This document shows, piece after piece, positions 38,302 through 49,529 of a stretch of 64,000 nucleotides of DNA. The position numbers and the translations under genes were made by a program. Numbering within the stretch: position 1 is the first letter of the stretch; every line of letters begins with the position of its first letter. Under the pieces are notes generated by a model. That model was not told the origin of the DNA and did not search any database. It saw only the letters and a list, made by a program, of their open reading frames with translations. This stretch comes from Ginglymostoma cirratum (lineage: Eukaryota), in assembly GCA_024137785.1 (NCBI GenBank), contig JAHRHZ010000002.1, forward strand, positions 5,614,661 through 5,678,660, read 5' to 3'.

Positions 38302-41300
38302 GTGACCACACTGGGGACTGATGTAATGACTAATGGGGAAGTGACAGTGATATCCTTAAGGCTAGCTCAGCAGAGTTGGATATATTTCAGGACATGGGTC
38401 TAACCACATATTCTGTTCTGCCTGAAGTTCCACAGTGACCTGGTTCTTGTTTGGCTGGGTGCGCATTGGACTCAGTAAATAACCTGGGAATTCTGGCCTG
38501 GCCCTGAGTGACAAACACGGTGGGGAAAAAGAGGGAGAGCCTTCGTGTATAATCAGGTCTTACTCATATATAATGGGGCTGATTAGCTCAGTTGGCTAGA
38601 TAGCTGGGTTTGCAATACCAGAGAAACACCAACAGTGTGTGTTCAGCTCTTGCGCCCGCTGAGGTCACTGCTGCCTAACTGCACCCCTTCTCTCTCGATT
38701 TATTTCTGAGCTCCTTTTCCCCTCCCCCATTTCTGAAGAAGGGTCCTGACCTCAGACGTCAGCTTTCCAGATGTTGCCTGGCCTGCTGTGTTCCTCCAGC
38801 TCCACACTGTTCTATCTCTAACTTCACCCCATACGTGAGGCATGGTGACTGTCAGGTTAAAACACTACCAATTTCTCTCTAATGAGAGAGTAGTCCTCTG
38901 TGACTTTACTGTAGTTTATTAGTCATACAGATGATGAGTCTCTTTCTACCTTATTGCTGACTGTGGGTGTTTGGTGAATGGGATTTGGCTTCCTCTTTCC
39001 AATATTACAACCATGAAGGCACTACAAATTCTTTGGATAATACTTAGGATAATCCTGAAGTGTTGAGAAAGAGGCATAATCGAGTTTGGAAATGCTGACA
39101 TTTCATTCATAAGCATCACAGGTTTAAATTCTCATGATTCATACATTCGGATTACATGCCTCAGGTCAAATGGTCAGGCCTAGCTACTGGATCAAAGGCC
39201 TCAAACTCAGGCCTCTCTGATGCACCATTCAGCTGCACTTAAAGTTTCACCCAATCTCACTGCTTCAATGTGGTTCTAACCCATGGCCCATTCTTCAGTC
39301 TCTCCTTTGGAGGGGGACAGATTCTAGACAGCCCCGTGCTTGATTGCTTCAGGATGATGATGGTGTTTTTATATGTATATGTGTGTGTGTGCATGTGTGT
39401 GTGTGTGTGCCTGTTTATGTGTGTGTCTGTGTCTGTGTGTGTATATCTGGGGTGGGGGTGTTGCAGTGTCAATTCCGATTTCTGTATTCCTCCCCCTTCC
39501 CCCGAGGCATTTCTATAGGCATCCAGGGGCATCAAGTTCAAATTCAACCTCCAACCAGAGAGGTCCCTCTCTCAACATCCTGCCTGTAGGGGACATTCAG
39601 AACCCAGACCCAAACTGCACCCCTAGCCACCCCTCATTCTCCTGTTTCAACTGGAGGGACAATCATGGGCATTTGGTGAGACAATGCCTGGAAAACAGTC
39701 AGCTCTTTTAATCTCCCTGTCTAAGGCATCATTGCAAGGAAGATCCCAGAGAATTGGCCTATGATAAGAAATTGAGTGAATTGCGATCATATTCTCTGCA
39801 GTTCCAAAGAATTAGAGGTGACATGAGTGTCCTATCAGGATAATACTGACAGCCATGCCTGGGGAAACTAAAGCACACAGACTAGGATAAAGGGGTTGAT
39901 TGTTTATGACTGAAATGAGGAGAAATGTTTTTCTTCATAGAGGGTGGTGAATTTTTGGAATTCTCTGGCCCAGACAGTTGCAGGTGCTCCATTCTCTTTG
40001 AGGTCTGAGACAAACAGAGTTTTGAGCTTTCAGGAAATCGAAGGTGAAGGGGACAGGCTCAAAGGGCAGGAAGGCTGTCTCCAGCTCCTATTACCTGAGC
40101 GTTCATTTCTTGCCCATTTTCCTGAAGGTGAGGGTGTCAAAGGCAGATCAGGGCCTGAGGCCAGCAGGTAGGGGCCGTGGGGGTGCTCTGTCCCTCATTC
40201 ACGGTCCTTGTGTGTGACTTCCCCTCAGGCTCCCACACCTTGCAGTATCTCTTCATCTACGCCCCCCAGCATCCGGACCTGCCAGAGCTCTCTATGAGTG
40301 GGATGTTGGATGATCTTCAGATCGAGTACTATGACAGCTCCCTCAAACAGATCCAGCCCAGACAGCAATGGATGGCCAGCAAGATCACGGAAGATTACTG
40401 GCAGGAACAGAACATGGCTGTAGACGCACTTCAAAACCACATCTTCAGGAAAATTGCTCCATTGGTCACAATACTTGGTATGTCACATTGGTCCTAGTGC
40501 GCCGTTGTATGTCAAAATGGAATTCGGTTGACACTAATGTATCAAGGGTATAAACTGACATGGGGCAGTGACCGACGGTTCTTCACCTTTTCAGTTTCCT
40601 AATTGTGAAAGGAAATATGGTAACAACAACTTGTATTTATGTAACAGCCCTAATTTGATTTGATTGGATTTATTATGGTCACATGTACCTAGGTACTGTG
40701 AAAAGTTTTGTTTTGCGTGCAGTGCAGGCAGATCTTAACATAAAAGAGAGCAAGGAATGCAATGTTACGCCTGCAGACAATGTGCGCAAAGAGCAAGGTC
40801 AAAGTTAAATTCAGAAGTCTAATAATGGTCTTCAATATACTAAATGTCCTAGAGGCCATTCAGCCCATCAAGTCTGCACTGATCCTTTGAGGAGCATCTC
40901 ACCCAGACCCAGACCCCTACCGTGTTCCCATAACCACACGTTTCTAATACCTAATCCACTTAGCCTGCATATCCCTGGAAACTACAGGGCATTTTGCACA
41001 GCCAATCCATCTAACCAGCATATTTTTAGGCTGTGGGAGGAAATCCGCACCTACATGGGGAGCATGTGCAGACTTCACCACAGAGAATCACCCCAACCTG
41101 GAATTAGACTTGGGTCTCTGGTGCCATGAGGCACCAGTGCTAACCACTGAGCCACCATGCTTCACAGGAGGGGCAGCAAACAAAACTTGACAATGAGTTG
41201 TCATACTTTTGTCAAAGCATCACTTTGAGGAAGAATCTTAAAGGAGAAAAATGAGGTAGAGAGGCAGAGAAGGAGATGGAAGGAATTTCAGAACTTGGGC

Positions 41301-44300
41301 TCATGGGCCATTGAAGGTGCTGTCACCAGTAATGGAGCGATTGTGATCAGACATGCTCAAAAGCCCAGAAGGGTCTGAATCTAGTACCAGAGCATTGTAG
41401 GTAAAAATGAGAGGTCGGCTATTTAGACAGATATGAGGAAAAAGTGTTCTTCTCCGAGGGTTGTGAGTCTTTGGTATTCTCTTCCACAAAATAGTTCAGT
41501 TAGAAATGTGGGTGTTGAGCAATATAATTGAGCAATACAGGGAAAGAAAATGTGCGAAAAAGGTTGACAGCCCTCCAGGTTGAAAAGTTGCCAGGCCCAG
41601 ATGGGATTCTTCAAAATAGCTGGGAGAGGTAAGAGAGCAAATTGTGGAGCCATCGTCAGAAATTTTCCAGGCCTCTCTGAACACAAAATTCGACCTGGGA
41701 ACTGAAGGATTGCAAATGTGACACCATTGTTTCAGAAAGGGTCAAAGAATAACCAAGGAAACTATAGACCTGTCAACTTGACATCAATAGTGGGAAAAAT
41801 AACAGAAGCCATTGTATGGGGTAAGATAATTATACACTTAGAAAAAATTAACTCAATACTAGGCTAACTTAATACTACCTTGTCAAGGGCAATTCATGTC
41901 TGGCAAATGAACTGAGTTCTTTGGTGAGGTGACACAGGCAGTGGATGAGGCTAATGCTGTGGATGTTGTACATTTTGACTTTCAGAAAGCATTTGATATG
42001 ATGCCACATGGCAGGTTGGGTAGCAAATTAGAAACGTTTGGGATTGATGGATTCTTGGCAGAATGGATTAGAAGTTGGCTAAAAGGCAGAAAACAGAGGA
42101 TTGGTGTAGATAGGCATTTTTCAGTTTGGAGATGAGTTGAAAATGGTGTTCCCCAGAGACTGATGTTAGGAAACTTGCATTTTTCGATTTATGTAATTGG
42201 TTCAAAGATGGGTGTTGAAGACAAAGTCACTCAGTTTGATGAAACTAAGCTAGGGAGAATAGTGAATTGTGAGGATGATGTCGTGTGACTTTGTAGAGAA
42301 TTTGACAAGTTGGCCAAATGGGCAAACACCTGGCAGAAGAATTTCAATGCAGACAATTTTGAAGTAATGCATTTTGGTAGAAGAAACATGGAGACACAAT
42401 ACAGACTAAATAGTACAACTTTGTGGGGAGTACAGGAGTAAAGGGACCTCAGGGTTCACATGCATAATGCCCTGAAGATGACCAGGCAAGTTGTAACAGA
42501 TGTTAAGAAGGCTTATAGGATCCTTGTGTTTATTATTGGAGACATAGAGTGCAAAAGCAAAGAAGTGATGCTCCATCTCTACAAATCATTGGTCAGACTA
42601 CATTTTGAGTATTGGGTTCAGTTCTGGACATCTTATTTAATGAAGTATGTTAAAGCTCTCAAGAGAGTATGCAAAGGAGATTTATTAGAATGATAACAGG
42701 ATTGAGGGATTTTAGATACAAAGAAATATCAGAGAGATTGGGCTTATTTTCCTTGGAGCAGAGAAGATAAAGATGCAATTTTATTGAGGTATTCAAAATT
42801 ATGACCAATTTAAGAAGGATATTCTGTTTTCAATAGTCACACCAATAGTGGTATGTCAGCAACTTCAAGGTGGTCAGGAGGGGAGCTAGGAGTAAGATGT
42901 GGAGAAATTTCTTTACACAGAGAGTTCTTAGGATTTGGAATGCACTACCTGGGAGAGTGGTGGAAGTGGATCCCTTCTGAGGTTTCAAAAGAGAGCTGGA
43001 TATATGTTTGAAAGTGATGAATTTATGGAATCATAGAATCCCTACAGCGTGGAAGAAGGCTATTCAGCCCTTTGAGTCCACACAAATCCTCCGAGGAGCA
43101 TTACAACTGGACTCAACACCCTAACCCAGCCCCGTAACCCTGCATTTCCCATGGCCAATTCACCTAACCTGTACATCTTTGGATTGTGGGAAGAAACCTG
43201 AGCACTCAGTGGAGACCCACGCAGACATAGGGAGAATGTGCAAACTGCACATGGACAGTTGCCCAAGGGTGGAATCAAACCTGAACCCACGGTGCTGTGA
43301 GACAGTAGTGCTAACTACAATTTAGAGGGCTAGGACTGAAGAATAGACTAGCTGGGTAACTTTTTCAATGGGTTGAACAGCCTCCTTTTGTGCACTGTAA
43401 AAATTTATGACAGTAAAAGTCAATGGATGAAAAATCCTTCAATTTTTTTAAGGCAGAGATTGATAAATTCTTGGGTACCAAGGGAATCGGGGTGTACGGG
43501 AACGTAGAGTTGAGGTTAAAATCAGATTGGCCATGATCTTATTGAATGGCAGAGTGGGCTTGAAAGGGCCCAAGTGGCCTACTGGTGTTCCTTCCTCATA
43601 TGTTTGTAATAAATGAGGTTTGATTTCTCTGACATGAGACAGAAACAGACAAACGCCACTTGAGAACAAAAGAGAAATTTTAACAAGTAATTGCCCGACC
43701 AGGAGCCAGAGTGTATCAGCATGGAATAAGGTCGTGATTAGAGACAGGATTTCCTGCCCATCAAGACATACTTGCCTCTTCAAGAGTTCCCTTAAAAGTC
43801 ACAACCTTGATCAATCTGATCTAATATCTCCCACTGTGTTTCAGTGCTAACCTTTGGGTTATAATTTCCCTGCGCAGCTCCTATGTGGTATATGAAAGAT
43901 GTTTAGCACTTCAATGGGAATAGGATAGATCGAGTAGGAGCTTGGTCTGCTGGATAAAATGAACTCCGAGACGCCGTTAGGTGCAGTTTGGCGAGACCAT
44001 AGAGAAACAGTACATCCGCAGCCTCTCGTCAATTCTGTATCGCTCATTGCCGCATACCGTACACCATACATTTACACATGATGGGTTAGGGGCTCCACCT
44101 AATACAGACATGAATGGACAGATCTATCATTAATGCCTAGTTGATCTTCTTGATCATTCGCAGGTATCCGATACATCCAGGTCCTTTGGAAATGCACAGT
44201 GGAAAATAGCCAAAACACCACAGCGTTTGTAAAGCTAAACGTCCATGGGCTTGGAGTTGTTGATTGTAACTTGTTCACAGTGCGTTGCAGGGGGCTTGGT

Positions 44301-47300
44301 GTGTTTTCTGTTCTGATTGGAATGGTTGAAGATATCCTCAAGAATGATCCCACTTTTATCCAGTTGCTGAATCCCAGATGTGTTGAAAACCTCCAGACAG
44401 TACTTCGAGCTGGTAAAACAGCCCTGGAAAGAAAAGGTAAGTGGAACAGTACAGTCAGACGCTGAGACTGACCTGGACCTTGACGCTGAGTGTGATCGGG
44501 ATCAGGATTCCGACTGTAATGCAAAACCGATTTCCGAGTGTGATCCAATTTCTGGGTGTGATACAAATTTGATTTCCCAGTGTGATCTGGATTCTGATTG
44601 TGATCCATATCCGATTTCTGAGTGTGGTCCGGATTCTGATTTTGAACCAATCCAGTTTCTTGTGTTATCCCCGGATCTGAAGTCTGAGTGTGTTCCTTGT
44701 CCAGATTCTGGCTGCGAACTAAATCCCAGTTCCGAGTGTGATCTGGATCTGAATTCTGAATGTGATCCGTTGGGTGAACATTGCATTAACTTTCAAAAAT
44801 AGAGTGCCTTTCACTTTTGCTTCTGGTTCTTCCTCAGTTACTCCCCAGGTACTGGTTTTCGAAAGGAGCTCCACTGCGGAGATGTCCACACCTCTCCTGT
44901 GCCTCATCACTGCCTTTTATCCCCGCACCATCAATGCCACGTGGCTACGTAAGGGAGAGCCTGTCTCAGAGGACCTTACAGTGATGGTTCTGCCAAACCA
45001 TGATGCCACGTACAGAATGGAGATCCTCATTGACATCAAGAACAATGACCCAAGCAACTACTACTGCCAGGTTCAGCACTGTAGCTTGCCTGAGGCACTG
45101 AGAGTAACATCGGGTAAGGTATCACACAACAATATTGCTCCAAAGATGGCCACTTGAGTCATGTTGCCTGTGAAAGACTAATCCAACTCGACCAGCTCCT
45201 TCCATGCTTATTCTTGCTTGCGCATTTTTCCCTTTAACCATATCTAATTCCTTTTTGAAAGTCATCTGCTTCTTACACAATTTTATTCCTGAACACAGCA
45301 ACACGTTGTGAAAATAAACAAAAATCTTCTCATCTCTCCTGTGCCCTCTTAGCAGATCATTTTTAAGCTGTGTCCTCTGGCCAGCAATTCTCCTGCTAAT
45401 GCAGGGGGAAGAATTTTTTTTTTAAATTCCTGATAAGTTGTCAGTTGATGAAATAGAGGGAGAGAGCTGGAAAAAGCTTGGAAAAATGTATAGATGAGCT
45501 AAGGGCTAACTTTCACGATTGACCAATGGCAGACTGCGGAGTCATTGAAATTAAACAACAAACACAGTAGCTTATTGGCCAGAGATAGTTAAGAGCTGCC
45601 GATGCTGGAGTCAGAGATAACTCAGTGTGGAACTGGAGGAACACAGCAGGCCAGGCAGCATCAGAGGAGCAGGAAAGCTGACATTTTGGCTTAGGGCACT
45701 TCTTCAGAAATGGGGAGACGGGAGGAAGCTCAGACATAGAGATTGGAGGGTGGGGCTGGGGAAGGTAGATGGAATGGTGATAAGCAAGTGCAGGTAGGCA
45801 GTGGTGGGGATTAGTCAGTGAGGCGGGGAGAGCGGATAGATGAGCAAGAAGATGCACAGGTTGTGTCAGTTCGAGTAGATGGGGGTGAGAGGGAGGGCTG
45901 GTCATGGGATGAGGCTGGGGATGGGGAGATTTTGAAACTGGTAAAATCCACATTTAGGCCATTGGGCTGTAGGATCCCGAGGTGGAATACGAGGTGGTGC
46001 TCCTCCAGTTCCTAGGTGGCGTCATTGTGACACATGAGGAGGCCCAGGATGGATGTGTCACCCAGGGAGTGGGAGGGGGAGTTGAAGTGGTTCGTGACCA
46101 GAATGTATTGCTCTACAAAGCAGTCTCTGAGCCTCCACTTGGTCTCACCGATGTAGAGGAGGCCACAGCGGGAGCAAGGGATGCAGTAGGCCAAGTTGAC
46201 GATGTGCATGTGAACCCCTGTTGTTTGTGGAAGGTTTGTTTGATGCCTTGAATGGAGGTGAGGGGGGAGGTTTAGGGGCTAGCACTGCTGCCTCACAGTG
46301 TCAGGGACCTGGGTTCAATTCCAGGGTGTGTGTGTGGAGTTTGAACATTCTCCCTGTGTCTGCATGGGTTTCCTCTGCATGCTACAGTTTCCTCCCACAG
46401 TCCAAAGATGTGCAGGTCAGGTGGATTGGCCATGTGAAATTGCCCTATAGTCAAGGGATGTGCAGGCTAAATGGGTTAGCCATGGTAAATGCAGGGTTAC
46501 AGGGATAAGGTAGGGAGGTGGGTCTGGGTGTGATGCTCTTTGGAAGGTCCTTGTGTACTTGATGGGCAGAATGGCCTGTTTCAGTGCTGTAGGGATTCTA
46601 TAATTCAATTCTAGTGTTCAAATAGCCGTTTATAGGTCTGCTGTGTTCAGGCCTTCATTTCTTCATTTCAGAAGGTATAGGGGGTTGGTTTAATTGAGGT
46701 GATGTAGTTCAGATTGTACATTTTGGTTTTCAAAACACATGGCCAATCCACCTGACCTGCACATCTTTGGACTGTGGGAGGAAACTGTAGCATGCAGAGG
46801 AAACCCATGCAGACACAGGGAGAATGTTCAAACTCCACATAGTCACCCAAGGGTGGAATTGAACCAGGACCCTTGTTCTGTGAGGCAGCAGTGCTAGCCC
46901 CTACACCTCCCCACACACCTCTATTCAGCCCACATCCCGTGCCTTGTTCCCCTTCCTCTGAGTTCCAAGGAACCAAGAGATTGCAACAGCAGCTGTTGGT
47001 TGAGGAACTGGATGGAGTTGCACAAAGAGGAAGGATGTGGAGGCTTTGGGGAGGGTACAGAAGACGTTTACCAGGATGCTGCCTGGGTTAGAGCATACGA
47101 GCTATAAGGAGAGGTTTTCAAAAGGAATTGGACAAAAGATCTGTTTCTGTGCTGTATTACTCTATAAATGGGTTTCTTCAACTTAAAAGTGCCACAGGTT
47201 GAAAGAACTAGAGACAGAGAATAAAAAAACGTGATAACCAGCGAGGTTGGCATAGGTTAGAGTATTGCGGACAATTCAAGGTGCTTCAAGGAGAATATAA

Positions 47301-48527
47301 GACTTTAGAAAGGATACAAAGGAGATTTATTAGGGAAAAGGGACAATGGATTATGAAGAGAAACCGGGAATGTCAGGATGGTACACCTTGAAACAGTGAA
47401 GGTCATATAGGTCACAGTGTAGGTGATGACTTATAATGAAAGCAAAATATTGCAGATGCTGGAGATCTGAACTAAAAACTGACAATGCTCGAGAAACTCA
47501 GCAGGTCTGGCAGCTGCTGCAGAGAGAGACACAAAGTTAGCATCTTGAGTCTGGTATGGCTCTTGTTCAAACCTGAAAGCTGTTGTAAAAAAGTTTACAT
47601 GTTGATGTTATTGACGGAAGCAGAGGAAGACCAAGGGGGTCAGAGGCCTAATGCAAAAGACAGAGGGTTGTTAAGAGTGTGTAAAAGAAGACATGTAAAA
47701 TGGGGGTAAATTGAGGTGTGAAGGAAAGAGAACGGGTGGTCTCTACTAACTGCAAAGTAAACAAGACACAAACACAACTTGGCTGTTGGGGCAGAGTTGG
47801 GAGAATGCAAGAAAAATGGAAGATACCCATGCTGCGGTCAGTTACTGAAGTTGTTGAATTCATTATTGAGATCAGCAACCTTGAATGCAGACATTCTGAC
47901 CCCCAACCCTTAATTCTGATGACCACTGGTTGACAAACCTAGCAGAGGGATTTTAATGGCACGGGAGAGTAAAACAGCTGGGTAAAGCCCTCGCCTCTCA
48001 AAAGCTGCTTCCCAGCCTGCTCTCAGCCTCCCCCACAACCCAAGGACCCACCTAGCTTTTAGCCAAAGTTTGCCAATACTCAAAGGAATGCCATTTCACA
48101 CAGGAATTGTGTTCCTTAAAGGTGAATCCCACTGGGAACTGATGGGGAACCCAAGACGAATCACTCTCAAACTCACTGGGATGATTCTCATGTCAGGCAG
48201 ACTTATGGAAATCGACAAACCCATTGGAAGTTGTCCATTTCAACGGCCCCAAATCAATGCAAAAGGAAGTGCAACCAGGGTGAATAACTGGGAGGCGTTG
48301 TGAGCAGTCACTCAGTATCTAATGCTGGCAAAATCAAACGCCCTGTGGTTTGGGCTGTGGGGAAAGATGTGTGTGTGTATGTGGTTGTATTTCACCGTCA
48401 CTCTCCTTTAATGGTCTGTGTGTGTTGTATCCGGCATGCAGGAGTTGGTCGTGTAAGTCACAGTATTTGCCCTGGCCCAATGCTGTGCCTATTCACTGTG
48501 CTGGCAATAGTGACAGGCGTGGCGTAG
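38190..48527 (+). CDS. Divergent nonclassical MHC class I gene B (CD1-like hydrophobic groove, possibly shark UFA lineage; putative GPI anchor); join(38190..38301,40229..40477,44164..44436,44838..45113,48442..48527), ~331 aa
   Basis: The alpha1, alpha2 and alpha3 exons have phase-1 GT-AG borders and are open. The leader and last coding exon are inferred. The joined CDS is 996 nt and in frame. Confidence 0.8.
40229..40477 (+). CDS. Gene B alpha1 exon
   Basis: cccctcag|GC; GSHTLQYLF...LPELSMSGMLDDLQIEYYDS...PRQQWM...DYWQEQ...; CTT G|gtatgt. 83 aa, no N86 sequon. Confidence 0.93.
41570..43030 (+). mobile_element. CR1 LINE ORF2 fragment (intron 2 of gene B)
   Basis: NYRPVNLTSIVGK, DFQKAFD, LYKSLVRLHFEY.VQFW. 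Confidence 0.85.
44164..44436 (+). CDS. Gene B alpha2 exon
   Basis: ttcgcag|GT; IRYIQVLWKCTV...RCVENLQTVLRAGKTALERK G|gtaagt. C101/C164 spacing and the ...L.RK end are typical of alpha2. Confidence 0.88.
44480..44770 (+). repeat. Degenerate (TCCGAGTGTGATCCGGAT)-type repeat filling the short alpha2-alpha3 intron of gene B
   Basis: Recurrent GAGTGTGATC with 6n periodicity, which gives spurious Cys/Asp-rich ORFs. Confidence 0.75.
44838..45113 (+). CDS. Gene B alpha3 IgC1 exon
   Basis: tcctcag|TT; LLCLITAFYPRTINATW...LPNHDATYRM...YYCQVQHCSL; TCG G|gtaagg. Confidence 0.95.
45590..46270 (-). mobile_element. Penelope-like 3' fragment (GIY-YIG)
   Basis: ORF 46012-46209 CSRCGLLYIGETKWRL, plus a 3' terminus like that at 3680-4100. 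Confidence 0.85.
48442..48527 (+). CDS. Gene B C-terminal hydrophobic exon (GVGRVSHSICPGPMLCLFTVLAIVTGVA*); exon continues to the donor at 48569
   Basis: catgcag|GA in phase 1; TAG at 48525-48527; strong donor CAG|gtgagt after 48569. Next acceptor ttcccag| at 48677 and AATAAA at 49199-49204 suggest a 3'UTR exon. Confidence 0.65.
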
Positions 48528-49529
48528 GGATCAATTTCAACGAAGGCTGTGGGAAAGGCGCGAGCACAGGTGAGTAAAGACCTGCATCCAGGTCTCACAT
48601 CCCGTTCATTATCTAAAAGCAAGTGATAATAAGTGGCAATATTCTATACGTAATCACCTGCTCCTTCTCTTTCCCAGATGAGCATTAATTCCTGCAAGTC
48701 TCTCACCAGCTGCCCAGTACTGAATCGATGACTGAGATGCTGCCAATTGTTTCATGAAAGCAAGCCTGTTTGCAACCGTTTCACTGTCACCTCTAACATG
48801 CTAATTGGCTGGACTTTGTTCTTTTGCATTGTATTATCGCTTTCTAATAGATTTTGAAATGTTTGTTAAGTTTCAGTCTGCGCCTCAGTTCAGTATGAAG
48901 CACCATGAACTTTGAAACCTGACTTCTGTACAGCTTCCTTTTCTTTTCATTCCTGATTTTTTCAATATAATGTCACCACCCCTTGTGGATAGGCCTGTGA
49001 TATCCAGGAATTGATGACAAAATCATTGCTGTGTGCAACTCAAATGAAAAGAACCGGACAGGAATGTTTAAACAAAAGTGATTTTTTTTTGTCATTTGTC
49101 CAACTCCAATTTCCTAACTAAAATTATAGACTCAACAGACACTGGATTGTGAGTCTGGACAATGATCAGACTCAAGAAGTAATCTGCTGCCATACCAAAA
49201 TAAAATGAATATTATAAATTTAATCTGTGACATTTATTGCTGAGATTTTAGTTTGCCATGTTTCTTTCAGAGGGCTATAGTAACACCTTTCAGCTGTGGT
49301 ATATTCCAGTACACTTTACAACCTCTTTTGCAGTGTGGTCACTGTTCTAACAAAGGGACTGAGACAGCCAAATAGTGCACACCAAGTTCCCATAAACAGG
49401 AATTTGCTAATAACCGAAAAATGTTTCTTTTTAGGCGTTGATTATGTAAAATGAACTCCCCTGTTGATCGTCCAAAAGTGCCATGAATATGTTGCACAGG
49501 TGGGACACACAATCCATCTGTATATGCAA

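Noticed and set aside
44099-44802. Asp/Cys-rich and His-rich ORFs overlapping gene B alpha2 and intron
   Set aside because: They arise from a 6n-period intronic repeat; the true alpha2 frame has clear splice sites.
40229-45113. Gene B as MHC class II or W-category chain
   Set aside because: It has three extracellular exons (alpha1, alpha2, IgC1) in one chain, which is class I architecture.
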